Assembly: GCF_036321535.1 (NCBI RefSeq)
Contig: NC_087437.1
Location: forward strand, 78,370,001 to 78,434,000
Direction: 5' to 3'
Length of the DNA stretch: 64,000 nt
From: Camelus dromedarius
Taxonomy: Eukaryota
Every line of letters starts with the position of its first letter. Position 1 is the first letter of the stretch. Positions 1 to 12,630 of this stretch are shown in pieces. The position numbers and the translations under genes were made by a program. The notes beneath the pieces were generated by a model that was not told the DNA's origin, made no database searches, and was given only the letters and a program-made list of their open reading frames with translations.

Positions 1-239
1 TCCTAGTCACACAGTCTCCTTCTCTTCTGTCTGCCAGACCTCCCCTGTGTCTCTTGTAAAGACACTTGTCCTTAAATTTAAGCCCATCTTGGTAACCCAG
101 GATGACCTCATCTCTAAAACCCTTAACTTAATTCCATCTAAAAAGACCCTTTTTTTTTTCCCCAATTAAGGTAACTAGTCCTAGGGATTTGACTTGTATA
201 TCCTTTTTTTGGGGGGAGGGCACGTTTTTGCCTACAACA
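1..239 (-). mobile_element. MaLR solo LTR (MLT1C-like), truncated by window start
   Basis: Reverse complement begins TGTTGTAGGC, then ...GGGTCTTTTTAGATGGAATTAAGTTAAGG...GAGATGAGGTCATCCTGG, resembling the MLT1B/C 5' end. Confidence 0.8.
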
Positions 240-1171
240 CCAACATGGTCCTTATACCAGATTACTGAGTGTTTCTCCCCCAATTCCTACCAAAAAAAAA
301 AAAAAGTAACTGGAAACTGCCTTTGTCTTTTTTAAAAGGGAACACACTAAACTTCAAATCTTTTCACAGGGAGGGCTCGCCTATCTAATGAAAATAGGAA
401 ATAGTCTTCATACAGTTCAGAAGCAAAGACTGGAAATCTGGGTCAATACCTACAGAACTAGCTATCAGTGATGTCCTCTCCATGTATGTATGTAAATCGT
501 TTGAAATAAACTAGGACTTCTATAACAAAGTTCAACTATTGCTCTGAACTCAAAGTGATTTTTCTATTTCACATATCTGAATCCTTAGTGATAGGTAATG
601 CCAGATTAACGAGTGAAAAAGATAACATGTAAACAGAAACTAGAACAGTTTCCAATAAGCAGAGAATGCCAGAGTTGCTTGGGAGTCTCAAATACCTCCC
701 CCAAATAAAGGTGTAAGTCCGCCGTATGGGTAGTCGATGCTCATATGTTGCTGACCAATAGCACATTTCCTGATGCTGTATCAGGTTTTATAACTGAATT
801 TAAAATATATGATTGTTTTACACTTTAGTTTAATAACTCTCAGAAGGAGTATGGTGTTCATTAATAGCTGTAATTTGGAGATACCATTTTTGCTTAGGTT
901 AATGTAATATTTCATCCCATCTTAAGCTTCCAAGCTCTTAATTATAATAAGCAATATAGTGAAGATAAAATGAGCCTCCGTCCTGGAAACAATGTGCATT
1001 GGTAATTTTTTTGAAGAGAAAGAACATAAATAATGGCTTAAATATTACATATGTGTTCTCCCAAGGAAAAAATTGTCAAAAATCTTTTTGCCTTATAATT
1101 TTTTTCCCCAGAGACTATTATTCTACTCTGATACCATGACTTTTTGTTTTTCCACTTTGAATACACATTTG

Positions 1172-1178
1172 TCTCTCT

Positions 1179-1215
<37 letters not shown>

Positions 1216-1239
1216 TGAGAGAGAGATATACATATATAT
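1172..1239. repeat. Compound microsatellite (TC)n(TG)15(GA)n(TA)n
   Basis: Directly visible; TG run at 1182-1212. Confidence 0.95.
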
Positions 1240-2049
1240 CAACTGGACTTCTTTAAACATATGTATTAATAGCACTTATCTATTGAATAACATAATGGAT
1301 ACAATCTTGTTTTCTTTTTTTAGGATAACACATTCCCTTTTATTTAACAACCTTCCCATAGTCAAAGATTAATAATGGTGACTGATTACTCTCCCTGGTC
1401 ACTGGAATGCTACCAAAGTGTATCTTGCTGTAAGACATGTCTCTCCGAGTACTGATGGAATGAGAGCAATATGAGTTTTAAAAAGTAATAATAATAACTT
1501 GGTTGAATGGGGGAAATAGACAGTTAACAACTATAAATTTCTTTCTGAGTCATTCTTACATATTTCAGAAGCATAGGAGACACTCAGACGACTGCCGTGT
1601 GAACAAATAATAATTCTATCATTGTCCATCGCTTGCTTTTATAAAGGTCTTCTGAGAAAATTGAGACTATATGTGAACTTCTCAGCAAAGTGTTGCTTTG
1701 GCTTTTTAACCAAATATTCTCAATTAAATATTAGATGATAGTGAGACTAGCACTCCAGTGTTCAAATTATTCATCAAATCACTCTTTTAATATGTAAAGT
1801 TTTCATCTGCAAGAAATTGTTTTGCATCTTTGGAGTGATGCACATGTTAATTTTAATGACTGATTTAGGAAACAATCTTCTTGAGGTCACTGTGGAGATA
1901 ATCTCATCAGGCATCATATTAATTCTTATTTGATAAAGACTATTCTTGTCCCTCTGAAAATGACCAATTAAATCAAAAAAATGGTGTCCAATCTCATGTT
2001 TATTTTAAGGAATAACAATGAGGTGAGAAGTGGACTTGAGTATTTACGT

Positions 2050-2730
2050 TTAAATTTTAAATATGTATTATTCCATTGAGTCCCCCAAATCAGAGGCTGT
2101 CTCTGCTTAAGGACACTTGCTTCCGACATTACTGATCTGGTGCAGATTATTCTTTCTGGAGAGCTGAATGATCCGAGTTTCATGCCACTTGAGTAATCAT
2201 TCCAACTCACGAGCTAATAGTGTTAACAGCATCACACCCACGGTCAACTTAATACTCATACTCTGCCTGGTTCAATGGGTTAATGCTCTTATGGCTATAT
2301 CATATTCAGGTTTACAATCCTTTATAATCTTTAACCTGAGAAAAACTATTAACTATGTTTAGGAAGACACAGAATATTGAAAGTAACTGAGTAAATCCTC
2401 ACAGCTGGATGAAACAATATTTGCATATGTGTAAGTATGTCTCTTCGAACCATCAATTTTTGCATAAAAGCTATTAGAAACTCTCCAGCTCTGATGAGGC
2501 TCTGATTGAGTTTGGCTTCTTCTGCAGTTCTCACAGGTTTCTTGGAGGCATTTTGCATATCACCACATTTTCTCAGTATTTGCTGAGACTCATACATGCT
2601 TTTGCTATCATTACTCCAGAAAGATCACTTCCGTTCTTGCTGTTAGGCTTCTTCTATTTCTGCCATTAAAATCTTTGTATTTTTGAAGCTGTATGGCTTG
2701 AGCGCCTTCCTGTTCTCTCTTGTACTCTAA
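2050..2730 (-). mobile_element. Possible ancient RTE-clade LINE fossil (L4/MamRTE1-like), degraded reverse transcriptase
   Basis: Minus-strand translations give SHTASKI..KILM, QQILRKC, GEFLIAFMQKL and GMKLGSFSSP..SVMSEASV, in the same order as RTE RT motifs; contains stops and frameshifts. Confidence 0.45.
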
Positions 2731-2731
2731 C

Positions 2732-3075
2732 AGAGGTAAGTTTAGTGTAAAGAACATGAGATTCAGTGGGGAAGGGATAGCTCTAGTGGTTGGCATACTT
2801 CTCATGCATGAGGTCCTGGGTTCAATCCCCAGTACCTCCTCCAAAAATAAACAATAAACCTAATTACCTTCCCCCATCCCCCCCAAAAGAGAACATGAGA
2901 TTCAGAACCTACTGACTGTGTCAGGCTGGTTGCTGTTTTTCCTCTGAGACTTGGACTAACTCTACTGAGCCTCGGTTTCCTAATCTCTGGACTGTATCTC
3001 ATAATATCCACCGTGCAGCTTCCCCAGTATGACCAGGATTAGAGATAATATATCCGAAAACCTACAACTTACTGA
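2732..3075 (+). mobile_element. MIR SINE, interrupted by a younger tRNA-derived SINE
   Basis: MIR core-like CTGAGCCTCGGTTTCCTAATCT and 3' GGATTAGAGATAATATAT. Confidence 0.7.
2768..2889 (+). mobile_element. tRNA-derived SINE (camelid Vic-1-like) with perfect 16-bp TSD
   Basis: GGGGAAGGGATAGCTCTAGTGG (A box) ... GAGGTCCTGGGTTCAATCCCCAGTACCTCC (B box), tail AATAAACCTAATTACCTTCCCCC; TSD AGAACATGAGATTCAG at 2751-2766 and 2890-2905. Confidence 0.9.
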
Positions 3076-5429
3076 AGCCATTGTTATTCATGTGAAAGGT
3101 TATAAACGGATAACCTATTTTAACAGGAAAACAACTATTCAGATCCCCTTTGTGTTCTAAGGTGTGCTTGAAAGATGAAACATAAATACTTCATTTTATC
3201 ACCTGGGAACACTTGACTAATTTCCTCTGTGCTCTTGTTTTACTGGGCTGTCATGTTTAATTTGAAAATGAAAAAGAGAACTACTGTTTGAAGAAAATAA
3301 GATACAGGGTATTTGTTGGACATTGAGGAAGAGTGAGCTATGAAAAAATAACAAATTTTTGTGAGAGCAACTACAGGGAGACTCAGGCAGAGGAGAACAA
3401 ACAAAGGTGCTTTAGAGGTCTGGGAACTCATTTTATTTCCCAGCAAGGGTTGGGTGTTTTGACCTAGAGAAGGAGCGCTGTGAGAGAACTTACTTGAATG
3501 TCCTGGAATGTCCTCCATGGGAGTGGAGTCTCCCAGCTTCACTCAGGCATGAACCTCTCACCCCTATGTCGTGGCTCAGCTCAGTGGATCCTCAGGTGGA
3601 TGCTGAGAGCCCCCGGATACCCAGGCTCCATGTTACCTCTAGCTGAGCAGTACAAACAGCAGATGCCCTTGTAACTAGGGTGTTTCTGTGAGTCTGTCCG
3701 GTGTCAACTATTGAGGAAGGGTGAGCTGTGCAAACAACTCCCTTAGCTGTCTAAAAGGGAGCTGAACGCCTAGCAGGGCTGTAATAGGTGATGTCTTGCA
3801 CCGTTTAATTGAACAATCTCGAAGTCCCTAAGTGGAAGTAAAATGATTGATTAGCAACACTCTAAGGACACTTGTAATAGTCACAACCCACATTTCCACT
3901 TACAATGCTATTTTCTCATAATTTTCCAAGGATAGAAGTGCTCCCCTACCAGGCCCCTCTCTCGTTGTGTGGGCACAGGCTTAGACTGCTGGAATTCCTA
4001 TTTTATTCCTTTATTCCCCACTATTTTATTCTTTAGGTTACTCTCGTGGTTACACAGCAAAGAATTGCTGGCCTCATTGTTTCAACATGTTGACTTTGTT
4101 GACATTTGAAATTTGTTGGAAATTAATCACAAGGCAGTCATAACTTATGCAGGGCACCAAGCATAGATCAGGATACATAATGGATAATCAATAAAAATGT
4201 GCCTGCACCCTAGTGACCAATTCTGATCTCATCTTGATTTTGTAATTTGGGGTTCTAAATGATGCAATAATTTCCAATTAGCATAGCAGGCTGAGTTCAA
4301 CCTCAGGGTAAGGACATAAAACTCATACTTACATTTTTTTTTCAGCCTGTGATCATTAAATAAAAGCATTTTAATTTTTTTTCTGCTAACTTCTTGTGAG
4401 TGACAGGAATTGCCTATTAAATCAGGCTTTGGTCTTCCCCCAGTGGGTTTACTGCAATGCTAAGATACTTGCAGTCTCTTCATACCTGTGTTGATAGCAT
4501 CAGGATGCTGTAACTGAAGAGAACCTGGGAAATGACTTCCACTTCTTATGCAAGATGTGGCAACATCTATTCAATTTTGTAATTGTTCCTTTATGTAGCG
4601 CTCATGCTGTCAGACTTAGCCCCCATGCTGTTACGTGTTTCTACATTCGTGTTTTTTGTTTTTTTTTTTCAAACAAGCTGCTAAACAGTTGTCCTTCTTA
4701 GGAAAAATAAAGCCTCCGCTAAGAGAAAGTATTTGTGTGTTTGGAGTTTCAACATCTGCATTCAAACACAGACCATGCTTCTTACTTTAAAACTGAAATT
4801 GATGTTGACAGCTCATTTTTTTCTACTGGTAGTGGGTAAAGTGCGAGTTTTGTGGCACTAATTTTAGAGAACTAAATTTGTTTGAAATTAGTTAAACTAA
4901 AGAACATAAATGTCAATGAGAGAAAACATATTGTTTGGTCCTCAGAGTTGGATACATTTTGCACTAGTGACAGAGGCCCCCGTTCTAAGGTACTTCTGGG
5001 AGAGTTAACATCTTGAGAAACAAAACGTCCAAATATAAATTAAAAGTAGTAACTCTTCTTATGTTTGTAGTTGTTTTTTATTAGGAGAATTTTGCCAAAG
5101 ACAAAAATACTTTCATCTCTAAATGCTACCTCATTTTATTTTAACCCACATTGACTTTTTTCCTTTGCAATTTACTTAAATTTTTAACCTCTTTGAAAAT
5201 AGTAGACAAATAGGAAAGAGATCACCGGATGTGATCATGAGTGTTATCAGTGATAATATTTGTCACCTGTATCCAAACCTGACCGAGAGAGATTTTCAGA
5301 TTTCTAAGAGTTGTTCATCTTTGTCCCTGTACACACTGCTCCTAGTTCATTTGAGTTCAAGTTTAATTTCTAATATTTTAATGAAGTTTGTGCCAAAATG
5401 CTGAGTGGGACACAAATACACTATTTGAT

Positions 5430-5800
5430 TTAACATAATTTTAACCAGCATTCACTGAGTGTCTACTGGGAGACAATAATGGTCTCTTCTCTCATGGAAC
5501 TTAAACTCTTATTGGGTAATAAATATTTTATGATAAAATTATTTCCAAAAATTGTATGAGAAAGTGCCAAAATGTATGGGAAAAATGTATAGGAAATCAC
5601 AGTAAGCATATCAGCTTTTAAGACTTAGGGAAATTTTTTTGTAGGAATTGGAAACGTAGTTGTATTTTGAAAACAAATATAATTTAATAGAGTAGAGGAA
5701 AAAGAGGGCATTCCAAGAAAAGTTATTGATGTGAATAAAGGGGCAACGAAGCAAAATATATTCACAGGACAATAAAAGATAGCATCCAGATGTGCACAGT
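5430..5800 (-). mobile_element. L2 3' fragment, degraded
   Basis: TTCACTGAGTGTCTAC...CTCTCATGGAACTTA and GAGGGCATTCCAAG resemble antisense L2. Confidence 0.5.
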
Positions 5801-6511
5801 TGAAAGATTGAACGATAAATTAGGCAGGATTGTGAGTACAGAGTGGCTGCTCTTAATTCACAGTGTCAAAGAAGTATCGCTTCAAACCTGATTCTGTCTT
5901 TCCAAAAGTAATTTTATTTACATAATATAAATGTAATAATTAATAAAAATTGCATGTATATTTATACATACATTCATATAGACGCATATACATGTACACT
6001 TACATATACACACGCTCTAAACAACACCTCTCTGACTATCACCTCCTCACCATACAGACCTGCTCCCTACAGGCAGCCACTCTGAATTATTTTGACTGTT
6101 TCTTTTGATATTTATGTATGCTTTTCTGATGAACATGTAATTTTTAAAAATTTATCTGGTTTAAAAATCAGCCATGGGCTTTCTATTCACAGGCACAAAT
6201 TTATGACTATATTCATGTTAGTCATTGCTGATCCCAGTGATAGACTGATTCTTTCCTCTTCTGTATGTTTTTCCTTAAGTTAATATTTCCTCATTAAAAG
6301 AAAAGAATTCTGAATTTTCTTCCCATTCTCTCCAACAACCTTTCAAAACAAATTTCCACGTAAACCTGTCATTAACTGCTTCCCCTCCAGAGACCTCCCC
6401 TCCTGGATTGTTTAGGTGGATTGTTTGCTTTTTTGGCCTTTTGAGCTACTTTCATTCTTGGACTTCCCTCCACCTCTCCCAGGTGTAGGATCGTGTTGTC
6501 TGAAACCTAAT

Positions 6512-6928
6512 GTGTATCAACCAGGATATGCTAATTACTAAAATAAACCACTCAATGTTTTTTCAGTAGCTTCACATAGTAAAATGTCTGTTTCACACTC
6601 ACTTCTTGTGTGACTTGGGCAGGTGTGAGGGCTCAGCTCCAGAGTCCTGCTGAAACCCTTCACTCCATTGTGTGGCTCTGCAGACATCTAGATTCCTCCA
6701 CAGCATCTTCTGCCTGATAATCCAAAAGAGAGAGTAAGTGTGGAGAAACCGCAAGAGGAGTGAGGGCTAGACCTGGAGTGGCACGTACCACTTCTGCCTA
6801 CACCCATGGGCCAGGACGTGGTCCCATGGCCTCAGCAAACTGTACCCCAGAGGCTCAAAAATGCCCTTCTGTACGTTCAGAACAAAAATGAGTCTGTTTC
6901 GGGGTACACCTTCTATTGTCTCTGCCAA
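6512..6928 (-). mobile_element. Old MaLR solo LTR (MLT1I/J/K/L-like)
   Basis: GACCTGGAGTGGCACGTACCACTTCTGCCTACAC...GGCCAGGAC...CCCATGGCC and a CTCTGCCA end are typical of antisense old MLT1. Confidence 0.7.
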
Positions 6929-7941
6929 ACCATCTCTTTATTTGTTTTCATTTTGATGGAATACTTTCCTCAGCTGATACCAAGGAAAGAGTGTATTTAG
7001 TGACACATTTATTGGGACCTTGTTAGTTGGAAGTATCGTTTTCTTACTTGGTTGACAATTTGGCTGGGTATCGATATTCATACTTTGTTTTAAATGTCTA
7101 ATGACATTTAGCAGCTGGTATTGCTCTTTACAGCCCCAAGCCTTTTTGGATAGTTAATCCTTTCAACAGGGCTGCACTCTTTGTTTTGCTTTTTCCATAA
7201 ATCTCCCAAAGCCCATGCTTCTTATTTTTATCACTGGTGTTAAGGATTTTGCAACAATGGGCTTTGGTGTGAGCTTTTGTCATTCATTGTAACAGAAAAT
7301 CAGAAAGCCCTTTCTGTTTAGAGCTTCAACCCTTTAGTTCAAGGAAATATTTAGGAATGTATTTTTAAAATTTCTTTCTACTTCATTTTTTTATGGAACT
7401 CTTATTAAAAAGATAGAATGATCCTATAAGTTTCTTGCTCTTTCCATACTATTGTTCATATTTTCAGTTCAACTACTTGATTTTCTTGACTTTATCTTTT
7501 AATTACTCTAATAATATTTCATTTTGACTATCTTATTCTACATTGTCTTTGATTTCCTTTTTGAAATTTAAATAATTTTGACCATATATTGCATTTGCCT
7601 TATTCAGAAGTCTAAACTCCTCAGGAAGTGAAATGATACACACCGATAGTTCTTTCCTCCATCCTGCCTTTTCCACCCTGTTCTCCTCCGCCCACCCCAT
7701 ATGCAGTCAACATTTTCATTCCACTGTTACTTCTTGGGGAAAAAATATGTTTGTGTTTCTGTATGTGTAGATATTTCAAGAAAGGATTCTTATTATCCCA
7801 CATTCTACTTAACATTAGTTTTTATATGTAATGTTCTATACCTTAATTTTTCTTTTTACTGTAATCTGTAGATCTCACAATATTAATACAAGGAGATCAC
7901 TTTTCATTCTTTATTATGGATGCACAGTACTCCATGTATGT

Positions 7942-8154
7942 CAGAGTTTCCATCTTCAGCATTATTGTTATTTTGTAAAACATCATTACTTATTATGAGG
8001 GGATTGCTGTGCAATGTAAGAGTTTAGCAGCCTGGCCTGTACTGACTAGAGGCCAGCAGCAACACTTCACCCTGTGTTGTGACATCCAAAAAAGTCCCCT
8101 AACATTGCAAAATATCCCCTAAGGGGTAAAATCACCCCTTGTTAAGAAGCACTC
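7942..8154 (-). mobile_element. MER20 (hAT-Charlie non-autonomous DNA transposon), full length, nested in L1
   Basis: Colinear with antisense MER20 (CAGAGTTTC...TTTAGCAGC...ACTAGAGGCCAGCAGCA...GTTGTGACATCCAAAAA...AAAATCACCCCTTGTTAAGAAGCACT); degenerate 8-bp TSD ATGTATGT/ATGTAGAT. Confidence 0.85.
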
Positions 8155-8529
8155 ATGTAGATTACCATGCTTTTGTTGTTGTGGCCATTGTTGATTTCAA
8201 CAGTACCCCTGTTATTGGACAATTGTTATTCTCTTAACTTTTGCTGTTACAAATAATACCATCATGAATAATCTTGAAAAATAGATGCTTTTATACCTGA
8301 ACAGGTAAAATAAGTTCTTGGAAGTGAGTTGTAAGCCAGCTATTAAGTTTTTTTAGTTGGAAGACCTATCCATATCTGCGCTGGGAGTCAGTTGGTACTC
8401 CTTGAGTTCCTACTGACATCCAATTCAAATTTAGAATTCCTGAACTTCTACTTAATTTAAAAGCAATTTTTCTTCTTTGTATCTCTGTTCTCTTAAACTG
8501 AAAATTTTGGCTCCTATCAACATTAACTC

Positions 8530-8700
8530 CTATATACTATATTTATTCAATCATATACATATATAAATTCAGTGATATATATTCAATCATATATTCATAT
8601 TTAAATTATATATAAATATACATTCATATATAGCTAAATTCCTATATAAGTATTCATATATAAAAATCACATATAAATTTATATACACACACATATATCT
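8530..8700. repeat. AT-rich low-complexity (TA/TTCATATA-like) tract
   Basis: Directly visible degenerate ATTCATATA and ATATA units. Confidence 0.8.
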
Positions 8701-10179
8701 CTGTGTTGTTATGCCACCAATTTGCTACTCAGTGTTTTTATTTCATTTTGTTTTAAGGATTTTTTTTAATTTAATGCTTTTTATATTTATATAAAATATG
8801 TGATTCCAAAGTCAACCCTACAAATTAGGTACATATATCAAGAATTTAACTTATTTGTCCATTCTGTTTTCTCCATCCTTTCTGCTAGTCATTTTTGTTA
8901 GTTTTGTTTTATTTTTCTATTTTTTAAATAAAATAAATGTGTATGCACTTTTAGTCCCTCCTATCTTGTGTCATACTATTCACATTTCTTTTTCCTCTGC
9001 TTTTTAATCACTAATTTTATATACGAGAAATTATTCCATAGTAGTTTATAAAAAATAGCCTTCTTCCTTTTTGAAAGATGTTTAGCACTCCATCGTGTAG
9101 TTATACCAGAAGTCACTCCTACAGTTCAGAAGGGAGTAAAGATAGAAATGTGTGCTCAGTCTGCCCCCTTTTCTGAATATGTCATATTGACTTCAGCTTA
9201 GGTTGTAATTCTTTGCTTTAGTAGCTGCCAAAGTGTATTGGATATCCTTGGAGACAAGTTTGGACATATAGTTTTATTCCTAAGTAAAGATCATTTTAAA
9301 CAGTACTAACATAATTTAAAATGGCAATAAACCTAATCTGAATTAAAGAGTGGAGTAAAAAATAAATGATTTAACTCAGGGATTTTTCTGACCTAGGAGT
9401 ATAAGAACAGGGAGAATTGTATCAGTCTGTCTGTGCTTAAATTGTGCCTAACTGACATGTGTGAAGGAGCAGAGGCTCTCCACACACGGTGGGAGTAATG
9501 AGAAGAATGACATGTATTTACTAATGTGTTTACTATATTTAAAGGAAAGAGTTGATCAGTTTGGTTAATTACTAATACATTCCATTAATGAAGTTCAATT
9601 CGAGAACCAAATTGGTTAATTAGAACTCTAATTGTAAGAATAAATAGTATCCTTCAACAATGTCTAGTTTAATTGAGTCAATATTTGTAACAAATATGAT
9701 AGACAAATTGGTGGTATTGAAAATCTCCCTTTAAACTGAAAAAGCATTAGATTTATTCTGGCCATTCCATATTCATTACTGAATCAAAAAGAAATTCAGA
9801 TCTCACACTAAAATCTTTACTAAATAATGTAGACTTGCTACTATAGGTTTTATTTTGAGTGACAATAATGACTGCATTATCACTGCTCTTTCTTCTCCTC
9901 TCTTTCTAACATTTCATATCACATGGCACTTGTACAAACCACTCTTCTCTCTCTTTCCATAAATTCCTCACCTTCAGGCTATTCTGCCTTCTAAGTGCAA
10001 AATTCTCTAACCCTCTCTGCTTAAAAGGGGCCTTGAAAAGTGCTGAATGCTTCCAGTTCTAAATGTGCTTTTTGTTTGTTTTGTTGTAGTTACAAGAAAC
10101 AGTATCATTGGAATGCTAGTGGGGTTCAGTGAGAAAAAAATGTATCTATGTTAAGTAAAGAAAAGAAGACTTATTTAAA

Positions 10180-11480
10180 GTGCAAATGAGAAATCTTGTA
10201 TCAGTATTAATGCTGCATAAAATACAAGGATGTATAATATTTTAATATAAATTATTTTCAATCAATAAGCAGTGATCCAATAGGAAAATATATAAAGAAT
10301 ATAAGCAATTCACAATGGAAGAAACTTAAAGGTCTGATAAACCTTTAAATCAAAAAGCACTAAGTTTCACAAGTTATCAGAGGTGAAAATTAAAACATGA
10401 GATCTTGTTTTTTAACAAAATACTTAAGTAACGAAAACTATGATAGTAAGTGTGTGAGACTTTGAGAACATGGGGCTTTTTTTCTCATATATTGCTAATG
10501 GGATTGTATTATAGCAAAATAATTCTGCTGTGATATTTGGAAGAATGTTTCAAAGTCTTAAAATTTGTACTCCTTTTCAGCAAATGATCCTCCTTGTTAG
10601 AATCTATCAAAAAGAAATAATAATGGATGCCTAAGTAGATAGATAAACAGAAAAATATAATTTTATTACACCCAAGCATTAAAACAGCCCTAATGATCCC
10701 CACCTGTTTGTATTCACTCCCCTCTGAACCATTCCGCTTGAGTGTGGGCTGGATATAGTGACTTGCTTCTAATGAGTAGAATATTGCAAAAGTGATGGCA
10801 TGAAATCAGGTGCTGGAAAACTGTGACCGCTATCTTGCTCACACTTTCTCTGACTCTTCTCACTGTATGGCTTGGATGACAAGCTAGCAGGCTTTGAGCT
10901 GCCCTAGGAAGAGACCCACATGCTAAGGAACTGAAGGTGGCTTTCAATCAATCGGCAGCAAGAAACTGAAGCCTTAAGTATGGCAACTCATGAGGAATGG
11001 AGTCCTGCCAACAACCACTGAAAGAGCTTGAAATTGAATCCTACTCTGATTGAACCTTGATATGACTATGGCCCTTGATCAGCCTTGAATGGGATTCAGC
11101 TAGCCCTACCCGGATTTCTGATCCACAGACACCATGAGATAATAAATGTGGGTTGTCTAAAGCTGCTAAATTCTGGAGTAATTCCATATGCAGCAGTAGA
11201 CAACTAATAAATGTGCAAAAATGGATCTCGCTATATAGGTGAGTGAAGAAACATGATTTAAGTAATAACAAGATAAAGCATAATCCACGTTTAGGCATAA
11301 ATACAACCATGCCCACACATAAACGTGTGTGTTAAAAAAACTGGGAGAATATCAATCAAATGATAAATATTATTTCTAAGCTATGAGATAATAGATTATT
11401 TAAAAATGATTTCCCTAGGTGTTACTATATATTTCAAATATTTTAATAATAAATTATTTTAAATTCTGATATCTAAGGGA
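10180..11480 (+). mobile_element. Old L1 (L1ME-like) ORF2 3' end/3'UTR remnant, interrupted by MLT1F
   Basis: CAATTCACAATGGAAGAAAC, GAAAATTAAAACATGAGAT and CATATATTGCTAATGGGATTGTA resemble the L1 ORF2 C-terminal region. Confidence 0.6.
10664..11211 (+). mobile_element. MaLR solo LTR (MLT1F-like)
   Basis: AATGATCCCCACCTG...TTGAGTGTGGGCTGGA...GTGACTTGCTTCTAA...CCTGCCAACAACCAC...GAGATAATAAATGTG...GCAGTAGACAACTAATA. Confidence 0.85.
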
Positions 11481-12392
11481 GAAAAGAAACAAATCAAAGT
11501 TGTAAGCAGAACAAAACACGTTTCGAGTCCACCTTAGTGCTTTGCACATAGTTGGAAATCAGTAAGTCTTAGATAGAATTTTTGCAAATTCCCAGAAGTT
11601 TCTCAAGACCAAAGAAACTTTACATATTTTCTTATAATACAGATAGTCAAAACCCTGTTTTGGGTTTGTTTTTTTTCTTTTTTGGTATTTGTTCTTTAAA
11701 TTTTGTCAACATGTATTAATGCACTAAAGAAACAATTGTGTTTAAATCCAGGCAACAGTAAGAGTCACTAGATAACCCAGAGAGTACCTTACTATGATTT
11801 ACAAAACTGTAGAGCGCATTATTCTAAGAAGGAAATGATCCCTGCAAAAGCTGAAGATAAAACTACGTGATAGAAGTCCGGCAGAGAGTGAAGGCGTCAG
11901 GAGGGCACCTGCAGAAAGGGCATTTACCGAAGCTGAAGAGTTTAATATGCCAAACCAATTTCATGTTTTAGTTGCATTCAGCTTCTCTAAAGGTCTATAT
12001 TATGAATCACTGGTGCACCGTAGACATGCTAGCTTGAGACTGAACAAGAGACAACATACCCTGGAGCAGACACTTAACTTGGACTATCCATCTTTTTAAT
12101 ATGCCTAATAATGGGGTAGTCAGACATAATGAATTACACAGTTTTATGTATTTGAGGAACCATAGACTGGTTTGACTGTGCACAACTTTCTCTTCCTTAG
12201 ATTATTATTTTTTTTTCATTCCTTAACCCTGGTAAATCTGAATGTGAGATGCCTGGAAGATATGCTTATAAAAACAAAGAAAAATTGTCTGCATACGCTA
12301 TTAAAATAGAAATAGCAAGCATTCTTTCCTTTGATACTCCTAACTCAAAACCATGAATTTGAAATTGTTTACCTAAATATTGAGAATAAAGG

Positions 12393-12630
12393 AAGTCAGT
12401 ACAGTTTAGGTATTAAATCTTTGGTTGTCAGAGTTAAAAGACCTGGCCTAGAGTTGCTTTTCAGTTTTAACACACCCTATCTGGGGAAATTTTGGCAAGT
12501 TACTTATTTTCTTGGAAACTTCATTTCTTCAGCTGTAAAATTAGTTTAATAATTAGTACTTGCCTAATGGATTTTCAATGAGATAGTGCATTAAAACCTT
12601 TTACACAGTAATGAGCACTCAAGACACATG
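12393..12630 (+). mobile_element. MIR SINE
   Basis: TTGGCAAGTTACTTA...CTTCATTTCTTCAGCTGTAAAAT core. Confidence 0.75.

Larger units (their letters stand above)
6930..9115 (-). mobile_element. Patchwork of old L1 (L1M/L1ME-like) fragments
   Basis: T-rich antisense L1-like tracts (TTGGCTGGGTAT, GGAACTCTTATTA, TTTTGCTGTTACAAATAATACCATCATGAATAATCTTG). Confidence 0.6.
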
